64,000 nt of DNA from Eledone cirrhosa (GCA_964016885.1 OZ024742.1:90396001-90460000); one strand, 5' to 3'; numbered from the stretch's first letter, positions 51,641-64,000 are shown. Made by a program: numbers and translations. Notes: a model not told the origin generated them from the letters alone.

Positions 51641-52592
51641 AATTCAGAGTTGCTCCAATTTATTCTCAGCTCATCCATACATAACGGTAGGAAAATTCAG
51701 GGCTAGAAGAACAGTGGTGGTGGTAATAATGGCAGGGTGTGTTGGGCTGGGACGGGGAGGAGAGAGTTAGGTAGTAGTAGAAATGGCAGGGTTGGTTGAG
51801 GTTAATAGTGTGGGGGGGGGGGGGGGGGATGCTGAGGTTTGATTGGTCGAATAGGCTATGGTGGCGTGAGGCAATGATTGGGAGGGAGGGAAATTGTGAG
51901 GTAGGTAGCCAAGTCATGGCCTGTAGCATCTGATGGCAAAATAGACAGATAGAGGCAGCATGGTAGAGAAAATGAGGGTGAAAAAAAATAAATGTGTTGT
52001 GGAAGCTAGCGAAGTGATAAATACAGCAATAATTGTGAGCAGAATATTTGCAACTGGGGAAATAGAGGGATACCTGAAAGATGTGTATGGATGGATGGCT
52101 GGAACGTGGTTAAGCAGCTCGAGTGATTCATTTTAGCCTTTCAGAGTCAAGTGTGTCTTATCTCTTCAAGAACTTCAAGATTCTCCTATATCACATAACC
52201 CTTGAAAACTACAGCAAGATTCTCCTATATCACATAACCCTTGAAAACTTCAGCAAAAGCAATAGTGTTGTTTCCTCTAATGTTAAAAACTTTGACTGTC
52301 TTATATGAAAACATAACTACTTTGCTCATTAAAGACTTTTTTCATTACACATTAGCATTAACAGTAAGTTCCAAGTCACATTTTATCAACTCTAGTGCAC
52401 CTCAGGGTTTCATTGTCTTTCATATTCTTCTGCTTAACATTAATGAAAATTTCATTATACTTCTAACCACGCACACACACATCTTCATAGAAATATGCAC
52501 GTTGCTACACTAATTTGCATAGTCCATCTCAACCACACTAACTTAGAAAAATAATGAATGTCAAACAGTAAAAACAAAGCAATAAAAAATAC

Positions 52593-52760
52593 CTCAAGAC
52601 AGCGCTGTAGTTCATTAGGATCTGTGATGGATTTGTTCTTATCAAATTCATTACGAATCCTTCGCAGATAAAAGTTTTTGTCGGTATAAGAAAGTGTTCT
52701 TGCTTTCCGAACCATTTGACGGTAGAGTGAGAAAATAGCAAATGGTGAGGCAGAGTTCAT
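52593..52760 (-). CDS. LYR-motif microprotein, first coding exon; AltMIEF1/MIEF1-MP (L0R8F8)-like mitoribosome/complex I assembly factor
   Basis: MNSASPFAIFSLYRQMVRKARTLSYTDKNFYLRRIRNEFDKNKSITDPNELQRCLE (56 codons): LYR motif, L.YTD..FY...IR.EF.KN pattern; acceptor tttctttacAG at 52778-52777, donor GAG|GTATTT at 52592. Confidence 0.88.
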
Positions 52761-53099
52761 TATCAATGCAGAGAATCTGTAAAGAAAAACAAAATAAAGT
52801 ACTGTAAGACAGTAATTTATTTTGAAGCTGATACACCATAAATTCTATGACTGGCTGAAAATTAGGATTAATGGTACTGGATACAGTTAGCAAAGTGTAA
52901 ATATCATCATCATCATCGTTTAACGTCCATCTTCCACGTTTGCATGGGTTTGGACGGTAAATATATAAATACTAGTTCATTATATCCATTGCCATAATGA
53001 TAAACTGTGAGTGACATTCCACTATAAGTATAGCCATTTCTTGCAAGAGCTTATTCTGCTTACATATTGAGTGGATAGGTTCAGATATCATATCTCATT

Positions 53100-54360
53100 G
53101 GAAAGGTGTCATGATGGAAGATTTTCTAACACTACACACCTCTGATCTTCCCGTCGCAGAACAATGGCAAACCTCCTACTCTCAGCCTCCCTGCGTGCTA
53201 AGTACACCTGACATCTAGCTTCTCTCTTAGCGGCTGTATATCCTTCCCTACTCCCACCCTTTTTCCAAGCCTTCCATGCTAGTCTTTTGTCTCTAATGGC
53301 CTTATCTGTCTGGTTAGAGCTCTGCTCCAGCCACAAGTTTCATCAGTAGCCTGCAGTAAGTTGTCACGTAAGAAATTCCAGTTATTATCTATGTCATACG
53401 TCTCTAAATCGTCATACACAACTTGAAGGGCTTTCCTAAATTTGTATTTTAGTGAAAGGTCTTTTAGCTTCCAGACCTTTCTTCTCCACACCTTCCTGTA
53501 TGTCTCATTCCATCTCTTGCTTACTGAGATATCACTAACGACTAACCTATGCTGTGGGGTACATTCTTCCCCAGGGTATGCCTTGGTCTTAGACACTATC
53601 TGCCTGTGCCGCTACCTAACTAGTAAGAAGTCAATCTGGCTTATGTGCTCGCCAGATTTGTAGGTTATTAGGTGATTGGCAGGTTTATGGAAGTTAGTGT
53701 TGCAAATAGTCAGAGTGAAGAAGTGCCAGGAAATGCCAGTTGAAGGAAGACGTGGTAGAGGTAGACCACAAAAAACATGGGTGGAGGTGGTGAGAACAGA
53801 CCTCAGATCGCTGAAGCTCACGGTGGAGATGACGAAGGACCGTGACAAGTGGAGAGATACTGTGCTGAATAAGACCCGTCCCACCCTTGCAAGCAGGGAA
53901 GAGCGGATGTAAAATGATGATGATGATGATGATATGCATGGTAGTGAGATATGAGCAATGAACAAAGAGAATATGCAAAGGCTGGAGAGATATGAATCAA
54001 GCATGCTTCAATGGATGTGTAATGTTAATATACTTGAAAAGCAAAGCATAGGTGAGCTGAGAGAGAGGTTGGATACAAGAGAAATCAGATGTTGTGTACA
54101 GGAGAGAAGATTGTGCTGGTATGACCATGTGATGTGCATGGATGACGATCATTAGGTGAAGAAGTGCCAACATATTCTAGTGGAAGGGTGCTACAGTAGA
54201 GTGAAACCAAGAAAGATTTGGACAGAGGTTGTTAGAGCAGGTCTAAAATTACAGAATCTCACAGGATATGACAAAAAATCAAGATGATTGGAATGATACT
54301 GTGGTGGACCCAGCCAACTCATACAAACATGGAAAAATAGTCATAAAATGGTGATGATGA
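53100..54360. mobile_element. Jumble of RTE fragments in both orientations
   Basis: Minus endonuclease/linker piece (EECTPQHRLVV, ICNTNF) fused to plus 3' pieces (GRGRPQKTW, (GAT)n tails). Confidence 0.85.
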
Positions 54361-54379
54361 TATATATATACATATACAT

Positions 54380-55340
54380 CATCATTATCATTTCTGTTTA
54401 GCATCAATTCTCCCATGCTTGCATGGGTTTAGATAGATCGTTCGTGCCGGGAGGCAAGTTTGGCCATGTCGCACCTTGCTCCAGTGAGGATTGTAAATTT
54501 GGTCGGGTATTTTAGAGCTGGATGCTCTCCCTAACATCAACAACATTTACTGTGTGGAACTGGATGACTCCGTTGAGGAGAGACAGGCCAGTTGGCCGCG
54601 CCTAACCCATTTGACAATGGAACCATAGTTTTGTAGACCAACCCACCTCACAGCAGAACCATAGTTTAGGAGCCCTGTACTGGATGGCACCAATATGAGG
54701 AGCCTGACCCATCTCACAGTGTAGGCACTGTTTGGGGATTTGGGGCCGATACTGGATGAGGAGGAACAGGTGCGGAGCCACAGTTTGAATGGCACGACTA
54801 TGCAAAGGCACCAGTTGGAGCCCAGTATTGGATGGCACCGATACGAGCCATCTCACTGCATAGCCAATTTTATAGCCCAGTATCAGATGGCACTGCCATG
54901 AAAGGGTCAGGCCAGTTGGCTGTGCCAAACCTATCTCAGAGCGTAACCCTAGTTTTGGGACCCAGTACTGGATGATGCCGCTACGAGGAAGGATAGGTCC
55001 GGAACCACAGCATGGGAGCCTGGTTCACATCAGGAAAAGTTTTGGGGCCTGACACAGAATGACACCACTATGAAAAGGGACAGGCCAGTTGGCTGTACAG
55101 GACCTTTCTCATAGCTGCACCCCAGTTTTGGAGCCAGGCACTCTCCACACAACGAACCCTTCTCAATATGAATCCACATTTTGGGAGCCTGGGACTGGAT
55201 CATTCATTTCATTTCATTTTGCGTCCGCTTTTTCCCTGCTTGCAAGGGTGGGACGGGAACTGATTCTGGCTTGATTTCTACAGCTGGATGCCCTTCCTAA
55301 CACCAACCTCATTTACAGTGAGTGCTGGGTGCTTTTTGGA
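54380..55340 (-). mobile_element. RTE-tailed non-autonomous elements enclosing a degenerate tandem repeat
   Basis: catgcttgcatgggtt..gctggatgc..cctaaca RTE-type 3' motifs at ~54410-54540 and ~55205-55335; internal repeats caggccagttggc and tactggatggcacc. Confidence 0.6.
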
Positions 55341-56299
55341 TAGCATCACATATATATATAAAATTGTTCATTTGTTTGACTGTCTCCTATGCACTTAAAA
55401 ACCAGTGGACCAATTATGTTCAAATTTGGCATGTGAGTTCCTTAGACTCATAAATAGGTTTTTCTCACACTTGAACCTATATTCATTTGTGTATATTTTT
55501 GTTTGTCTGTTTGTCAGAGTTTGGAAAAATAACATTAGGAGACACAAGGTCCATACATACAAATAAGGCAACAGAAAAGAATGTAACTGCTAAAAATAAA
55601 TGTAATGTTGTGGAAAATGAATAGCGAGTTATTGAGGGTATGGATAGGGAAGATCACCATCATTTGAAATCTATATTTCATGTTTGCAAGAGTTATACAT
55701 GAGGCCAGACCATTCAAGTGAAAACATCTTGTACATATGATCTGTTTTGGGCTTGGTTTCCCTAGTGCTAATAATGTTACAGCATATACAGGGATTTTTT
55801 TCAGAGCACCTTACATGGTAGACTAGGTGCTTTTCATTGTGGCAACAGTACGACTAACTTAGAGGGTAGACTGGTTGCTTTTTGTTGTGAAAGAGATTAA
55901 CCTCCATGAGATTGTCAGAAAGGAGGTTATAATGTTACTGTGTGTAGAGTTTCCAGATGCCAGCTACCACTTTCATATCACAGGAAACTGAGAAAACAGT
56001 TGAATCAGTATAATTTTATTGTTTGATTATTTCTTTCATTTTGATTTACTTTCATTCTATTTTCTGCCATTTTATATACCTAAAGCAAGACACTCCACTA
56101 TCCCTTCCACTCTGTCAAGACAAACACAAAAAGCCCATATTTATAAATAGCAGCAGGATCAATAATCCCACAAGCTTTATTCACTGACCTGGAATGTAAC
56201 CCATGAGGAAACTGGACCTGCTAGAAAAAGCAGTCAAATCTCCTCAAACCACAAACCAACCATCTTAAAAAATCAAGACACAAAAAGCTAGAAGTAGCC

Positions 56300-57250
56300 T
56301 GTACGAGGTTGTTAGACATGTCGGAACTAACAGCGGAATCTTATATATATTAAACTTCTTTTTCTACTTTTTTGCTCTTGCACGAGGAACTATCAGATAA
56401 CCCCTAAAGTTTTACAACAATTTGTGTCCATATTAATTCCAAAAATATTCGGCGATTACGAAACTACTTCCTGTGAGAGTTGACTAGAATTACTTAAAAG
56501 TAAAATAAATATATAAACAAATAAATAAATAAGGCATAACTAAAGTTTAGATTTTATCCAGGAATATAATATTATTTCTTTAACAATAATTTCGAAAACA
56601 AAACTCTCTTTTGTTTTTAAAATTTTCTTTCAAATTTCATTGACATGTTCGTAATCTACAGCTATGAAAATGTATATCTACAAAAATCCATTTAAAATAT
56701 ACAATATTAAGAAAGTAAAGAGAACGTTGAGGAGCATTAAATCGTGGTTACGACCAAAACAATAAGAACGATAATGAAGTCATTAACTCACAGAATGCAA
56801 TGGCAACAGAATCAGAGTAAATAAACAGAGAAAAACATAGAAGATTTTTTTTTGCAAACACAAGATCGATTTGTTTGGCCTAGCATCTAAGGGAGGTAAC
56901 CCCAAATTGTAGTACACTTGAGTCGGCGGAAAGGTTCATAAGCTGACCATTTTTTTCCATCTCCACCGCTTATTAAATTTTGCTAATCTATCTCCGGCAA
57001 AATTTTATTTTAAGCAGCAGCATTCTTGCGACAATCAATTTTCTTTAAACATTAAAAAAACATTATTCATGACAAAAAAAAAAGAACATTTCAAGAAATC
57101 TCGCACGTTATAAAATAAATAGGATGCGTTGTGTTCTCGATATGTACACTACTAAACGACTAATTCTGTTTAAAAAAATAAAACAATCAAGGGAGACAGC
57201 CTAGAAACATTATCGATTTTCCAACTCTACCGCTTATTCTACTCCTATTA
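56300..57250. promoter_or_regulatory. Candidate promoter / 5' region of the LYR gene
   Basis: CpG dinucleotides reappear by eye from ~56300; ETS-like ACAGGAAGT on minus at ~56466-56474; no recognisable repeats; lies upstream of the exon with a splice acceptor at 52777. TSS and first exon not identified. Confidence 0.35.
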
Positions 57251-59334
57251 TTTGAAACCCGAGACTAGTCCCTGGAAAGAAACAATGCAAACATTAATAA
57301 GAAGAGTTGAAATTAATGCATATAACATTTCACAGTTCTAACATCAATCCTTCATAGTCAGCCTATGAAGTTTTCAGACGAGTATCGTATATTTAAAAAG
57401 TTATACATGGAGCTTATCTCCCACGACCGCAATGATGATAGGCGCCCAGACAGGGTAACCCTTTTTCAATGTTGAGATACTAATTCAATAATGTTGGATA
57501 TGTTCTTCGGTCCTAACCACATGGCTTCGGCTACAAACCCGGGTATCACCACCTATAACGCGATACGTAGCTTTGACCGTTTCCTTTCTGTATCGGCTGC
57601 CACCGAAACCTCCTGTGATTTCGATCCCTTAACTGCTGTTTTCTTTATCATCTCGCTCCTAGAAGGTGAAATGGCATATGCAGTAATGGCTGTTCTCCGA
57701 GGCAATGTTTTCTACATATTGTCTGCACCCTCCATTTCTCATATATTTATTTATTTACTTATTTATCTATTCAAGTTTTAATTTCTCCCCCACCATCACC
57801 ACCGCCCTTTTATTCTTCTTTCATAACTGTAAATATATACAAGTAAATATGAAAGTTTCATTTTCATTAAATAAAGTATGCATGTTCATCCAACCATAAA
57901 AACAATATAATGATTTTCTGTTGAAATGGCAGCCCGGTTTACTACAAGGGGACTGTTTTTTTTATTTTTTATCAAACGAAATAGTTAAATTTTGTTCCGG
58001 TGTGTATATCAACTTCTTACAAAAATAAACAACATGCTTATGATAAATGTAAGAGAATATATATATTTCGTCACCTATTGAAAATTTGCAATGATTTATA
58101 TTTAGTCTAATTTAGATCCTTTCTGACCTTGAGCTTTCTAGATCGTCAACAATTGAAGTCAATACAGTTAATGTTATTTTCGAATTACAGATCAATTCGT
58201 AAAGTTTAGTTGTAGTGAAGAATCGAAAGTTTCCGACTCTTGCCTTCCATTTAACCGCGAATTAGGAGATGAGAGATATACAATTTTCTCACCGTTGTCG
58301 CAATCTATAACAATCTTCTAAATTTTAATAATACACTTACAGTTGTTTTTAGAAATTATTAGAGTTCTTGGTTACGTTGCGAAAGGCCTAAGCATTAACT
58401 TTTGACAAGTTTGATTTCTTAGAAAAAAAAAAAAAAAAGATACTTAAAACGAATACTGCAAAGCTGTCGCGAGGAAATATTTTGGATTCGCATTAATAAT
58501 ATTGGAGGTGTCACGAGAATAAAATGTTCTATTTCTGAAACCAGAAATAAAGTTTTACTTAGTGAAATCTTACTTTTACTGCAGTGAAAGTTTAGTGCTG
58601 CATTTGAATTTTCTAATCAACGACGCTATTGTTCTCATAAGCATGACATAAATCAAAAATAGTTAACAAATTAGGAATTATGAGTATAAAATTATTACAT
58701 TTATGAGGCATCTATCCTCTTTTCTTCCTCATACGATGTGTTAAAGGATATATATATATGTGTGTGTATGTATGTATGTTCTTCTGGTTTTATAATTTCA
58801 CAGAGTTTTACCAATAGAGAGTGAGTCGGTTTCTAACATAGACACACGACTCTCTCATTGGAATTTACACAACCAACATCAACTAGGTAGATATGTATGT
58901 ATGCATGTATGTGTAGATATGGATATTATTGTATGTGTGGATGTGTATGTTTTGAGTTGTATGTGTGCATGTGTATATGCTTTGCATCTGTACATGTGTA
59001 TATGCAGTTATTAGATGCAACATTTTTGGAATGTTTTACATATTTTTACTGTTCCATTAATGGATTGTACTTGTAATTTCCTAGCTAGTTGTGTTCTTTC
59101 TGTTCCTGTGAAGCCTAGCTTCTCAAGATTTGTATTGAAGCAGTTACTTACATATCTCAGTGCCCCAATAATCACAGACATAAATCTGAAGGTGTAATCA
59201 GGGTGGAGTATCTACAGATTTCTCATCAGTACTGCATAAATATTCTCCTTTTCACTAATCTTTGATATTATATTGGCATCTGCTGGGCAGCTAATTTCCA
59301 CTACTGTGCATGCTTTCTTCTCCCTGTCCCATTA

Positions 59335-59975
59335 TGTATGTATGTATTTATGTCAGGTCACCAGTTGGTGCTACTGGTAACATGTATCCCAGTACAAACT
59401 GTCTCATGGTCGGGTAGTTGGCGACTAAACTGGCAACCCCACCAAGGTTTCTTGGTGAGGAGGGTGACTTTGGACATCCTGCAGGACTAAAAACAAAACC
59501 TGTCAAAGGGAAAAGGAGCTCTTAAGAGTCAATGGCCATCCAAAATCACCGGGAGAGATGACCCCTTAGCCTTTGTCAAGGCAGAATTCTAAGAGAAGGA
59601 AAACTCTGATATAACACCTGCAACCCTGATGGTATCCAATGATGTTGACTTTTTCTTCTTTTTGGTAAATATCATCTTGGTTAAGAGAGTGGGACTGGTT
59701 TTGTGCAGTGCCTTTGCTCACTATAAAAGCTTCACGGCACAGGCATTGCTTTATATCTGGAGATCTCTCTGCACTTGTCGTTACATGGTACCATGGGCCC
59801 AGCACTATCAATAATTGTCACAAGTGTAGTGTTTGTACCAGAGTTTTCAAGTCGCTGGCTGGACTAAAAAGTCACACTCGTTCAGCGCATCGGTAAGGGT
59901 TCTCCTACATGAATATAAAGTGGTGGCCGTACTCGAAAACGAGTTGGCAGCCACCATGTATGTATGTATGTATGG
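59335..59975 (+). mobile_element. Short RTE-related element: 5' UTR-like segment joined to a C2H2 finger and 3' end with (TATG)n tail
   Basis: HKCSVCTRVFKSLAGLKSHTRSAHR*, then tggccgtactcgaaaacgagttggcagccacc(atgt)n. Confidence 0.65.
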
Positions 59976-62557
59976 TACAGAGAAAATATCAGGACTGGTT
60001 TAATGAGAATGATGTACATATAGAAGACTTGTTGGCTGATAACAGGCGTGCTCTGTCACGCTACTTGACGGCAAAACCACAGGAGAGGAATGCGTTGCAT
60101 GAGGAACTCAAGGATGTAAAATCACGTGTTAGTCGGAGTCTTTCTCAGATGAAGGATCAGTGGTGGAGTGAGAAGGCTGGTGAGATACAAACTGCGTCAG
60201 ATTCCAATAACACAAAGCTGTTGTACAGTCTCTTGCGTGAGGTTTATGGACCGTCTTCTTCTCTGGTGACACCGCTTCGCAGCAAGCATGGCAAAGAACT
60301 TCTTCGTGACTCACAAGGAATTCTACGAAGGTGGCGAAAGCACTTTGATGATCTTTTGAATCAGCTGTCTGTCGTCAATGAAGATTTCGTCAATCTCATT
60401 CCAGAAAGTCCTGTGAAAGTAGCTCTCGCAGAACCTCCGACGCTTGTGAAGGTTGCAGTGGCTATCTCGAAGCTGAACAGTGGAAGGTCTCCAGGTATGT
60501 TATGGCATACATGCTGAGCTCCTACAATATGGTGGTGAGAGACTCCTGCAACATCTTCACTCTTTGTTTGGCAGGATATGGGCTAATGAATCCGTACCTG
60601 AGGACTGGAGAGATGCAGTAATGGTGGTCTTGTACAAGGGAAAGGGTAACAGGAATGATTGTGGGAACTACAGAGGTATATCATTGCTTTCTGTCGTAGG
60701 GAAAGTTTTATTTAGGGTGCTTCTGGACCGTCTGCTGACACACATTGCAGATTGTGTTCTTCCTGAAAGTCAATCTGGTTTTCGTGCTGGACGCGGCACT
60801 ACTGATATGATCTTCTCAGCTAGACAGCTCTAGGAGAAGTGCATGGAACAAGGTTTGGATCTGAATCAGGTTTTTGTCGATCTGACAAAAGCTTTCGATA
60901 CTGTTAACAGAAATGCATTATGGAAGGTTCTCCAGAAACTTGGTTGCCCTGATAAGTTCCTTGCTTTAGTTAGGTCTTTCCATGACGACATGAAGGCTTA
61001 GGTTAATGTCGGAGGTAATATGTCGGAGCCTATCTCAGTAAAAAATGGAGTGAAACAGGGGGATATTCCAGCACCGACCCTGTTTGCCATATACTTTGCA
61101 ATGGTTTTCTGTATTGCATTCAGGAATTGCGAGCATGGTGTTTACATCCGATATCGAACCTCAGGCAACATATTTAACATCAGGCGCTTTGCTGCAACGA
61201 CAAAAGTATTTACATCAATCATAAGACACCTCTTGTATGCAGATGATTGCGATCTTGTAGCGCACACAGAGAGTGATATGCAGCACATTTTGAATGCATT
61301 TTCTGACGCTTGCACTGCCCTAGGATTGATTGTCAGTCTCAAGAAAACCGTCGTCATGTACCAACCTGCCCCTGCTAAGCAGTACAGTGAATCAAATATC
61401 TATGTGTATGGTAAACTACTTGGAGTGGTTGATCAGTTTGTCTACCTGTGAAGCACTCTCAATCGATACAGCAGCCTTGACAGTGAAATCTCACTTAGGA
61501 TTAGGAAGGCAAGTGATGCTTTCGGAAAGCTAGAAAGGCGACTCTGGGGTCGGCAAGACATATGCAAGAAGACAAAGGTAAAGGTGTACAAGGCATGTGT
61601 GCTCTCTTCTCTTCTTTATGCCTGCGAGACCTGGGTCACATATCGACACCACCTTAAGCAATTGGAGCGTTTCCATCAGATGTGTCTCAGACGGATCCAT
61701 GGCGTTCACTGGAGGGACCACATCAGTGATGTCGAGATTTTGGAAAGCTCTATGTGTGACAGTATAGAAGCTCTTGTGCTTAAGCAATGACTCCGTTGGA
61801 GTGGTCACCTTGCCAGGATGAAGGATTCTAGAATACCAACACAACTCTATTATGGAGAGTTAGTTAAAGGAAAACGACAGCCACATAAACCAAAAAGGAG
61901 GTATAAGGATTCCTTGAAAGCCTCTTTGAAAGACGCTAACATCTCTGCTGATACATGGGAAAATATTGCTGCTGATCGTAATAAATGGAGAAAGACTGTA
62001 TACGAGGGGGAAAAGTTGCCTTTGAGGCATCACGAATCGCATACGAGAAAGTAAAGCGGGATGTGAGGAAGGGCATTGCTGTTGCACTTCCAGACGGAGA
62101 GGGTCCTCCTATGCTGCTGACATGCAGCGTCTGTGCGAGACTCTGCCTAAGCAAAGCTGGACTCGAAAGTCATCTTCGCAGTCATAAAGTAAGACCAGTG
62201 GTTGACTACCAGGCTGCGATTGGAGATGCTACTCATCATGCTTGCCAAGCATGTGGTAGAGAATGTAAATCAGCAGGAGAGCTCATAGGACATGCAAAAG
62301 TACATGAACTCCAACCACAGCCGGCTATTCCCAATGAATGTTTTGGTTGCTGACTCTGTGCAAGACATTTTAGATCATTGGCTGGGCTAAAAAGCCACAT
62401 TCGATCGCAGCGCTGTTAGTTGCTATCGTGTGTGTGTGTGTATAGATATGTTTGTGTGTGCGCGTGTGTGTATATATATATGTATATTATTATTGTTGTT
62501 GTTGTCGTTATTATTATTGTTGTTTTTATTATTATTATTGTTATTAATATATATGTG

Positions 62558-62592
<35 letters not shown>

Positions 62593-62690
62593 GTGTGTGT
62601 ATATATATATATATATATATTTTTTTTTCGTGCAATGGCCATACTCGATAACGAGGGGGCAGCCATCATGTATGTATGTATGTATGCGGC
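59976..62690 (+). mobile_element. 5'-truncated RTE-clade LINE with C-terminal C2H2 zinc-finger array
   Basis: QDWFNEND, NYRGISLLS, ESQSGFR, DLTKAFD, GVKQG, LLYADD, YACETW; then CSVCARLCLSKAGLESHLRSH, CQACGRECKSAGELIGHAKVH and C*LCARHFRSLAGLKSH; stops and frameshifts present. Confidence 0.9.
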
Positions 62691-62894
62691 TCAGTAGTTA
62701 CCGATGATATTGATCTTTTCTTCTTTTCAGATGATAGCTACTGTCGCTCAAAGAGGTGGGATTGGTTCAGTGCACAGTCTTTTCTCACTTTATACAAATC
62801 TTCTAACACAGGCATTGCACGGTAGCATTAATTGATAATTATTAATAATGTTATATCGTGCAATAGCCATACCCGATAACGAGGCGGCGCCATG

Positions 62895-62973
62895 ATGTAT
62901 GTATGTATGTATGTATGTATGTATGTATGTATGTATGTATGTATGTATGTATGTATGTATGTATGTATGTATG
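62895..62973. repeat. (ATGT)n microsatellite tail following a third RTE-type 3' end
   Basis: agccatacccgataacgaggcggcgcc followed by ~19 ATGT units. Confidence 0.85.
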
Positions 62974-64000
62974 ACTTCTTCAGGACTAGAATGTCCTAAT
63001 GATTTCATACGAATGAAACTGTTCTACTCCTGTAGAAGTTATTTCTTATATAATAAAGTTGTCTTTACTAACTATGTATTGAGTAACTTATGTAACTGTG
63101 ACAGCTGCAGAATGAAACGTGTAAGATAGGAATTACAGAGAGCTTATGCGAAAGAAATGGTTGCGATGGTTACGCACAAATTCTAGGGAAGAGGAATCGA
63201 ATAAATTACGTGCAACTGAGTTGAAGTGAAATGATATAAGCTAGACCTGAGAAGCCATTGTTGTATCAGTAGAAAAGAAAAAGTGAGATGATAGGGCCTG
63301 ATCCACGGACATCTTTTGTCACGTGTTTTCATTAAACTTCTCAATGGCTATATTCCATAAGAGAACAACATAAGAGAGTATGCCGCGTGTGGATTTGACA
63401 ATATAGATAACGTACAGGTTGTCGTTAAAGGGTAGAACGTATTGGCAAATGAGATGTTAGTGACTGTTTCCACTGTTTCCATCATCTTTGAAATGTTGGA
63501 AAAGTGAAAGAGAGCGAGAGAAAGCGAAAGAGGTGAGGAGAAAAAGATAGATGAAAGGAGTGAAAGGGAGAGATGTGGGGAAAAAAGATAGAAGGGAGAG
63601 AAAAGAGAGAGAGAGAGAGCGAGAGAATGTGAGAGAACATGAAGAGAGAGAGAGAGAGAGTGGGGAAAAAAGATAAAGAAAGATAAAGAAATAGAGAGAG
63701 AGGTGGGGGAGAAAAATAGGGGAAGGGAAAGAGAGAGGGGCCAATACGTTGATATTAGGTGGATTCAAAGCCCTGCTCTTCGTGCGAACGCGATAGACTG
63801 TAGAGATAGCTTCTTGTAGAGGAAGATTAAAAAGTTAAGCAATCACAGTGTGTAGTTCTGGGATCAATTATTTGAGAGTAATAAAAAAAAAGTGTTGCAA
63901 ACATTTTAATTTCACCTCAAGTGATTAATTCAGAGAAGATGTAGGGAGTGATATGGTTAAATGGTTATTAATGATTGGAACAGTGAAGAGAGCAGCTGGG

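Noticed and set aside
52485-52766. 93-aa single-exon version of the LYR ORF with a hydrophobic tail
   Set aside because: The tail after ..RCLE is read-through of a GT donor into T-rich intron; the spliced KGKAFLQ end fits the family better and the first true ATG is at 52760.

Overview
Repeat-dense animal genomic DNA. The SINE/RTE/Helitron/Penelope repertoire and (TA)n-rich microsatellites suggest an octopod cephalopod (inference). Only one host gene is supportable: a minus-strand, two-coding-exon LYR-motif microprotein (68 aa; CDS 52760-52593 joined to 45294-45256 across a 7.3-kb phase-0 GT-AG intron). It resembles human AltMIEF1/MIEF1-MP (L0R8F8), which in vertebrates is a uORF of MIEF1. The ORF track misses the true structure because exon 2 holds only 12 codons plus the stop. 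Everything else is mostly decayed mobile DNA: Penelope-like elements (RT and GIY-YIG pieces, inverted pLTRs, hammerhead-like motifs), a Tx1/L1-type LINE plus an ORF1-only companion, several RTE LINEs (one with a C-terminal C2H2 array), a CRE-like relic, Helitrons with recognisable TC/CTAG ends, hAT-type DNA transposons and tRNA-derived SINEs. A striking cluster of fold-back (inverted-repeat) structures occupies about 22.2-29.4 kb, with more at about 35.5-35.7 kb. All family assignments come from motif recall, not database searches, and most element boundaries are approximate.
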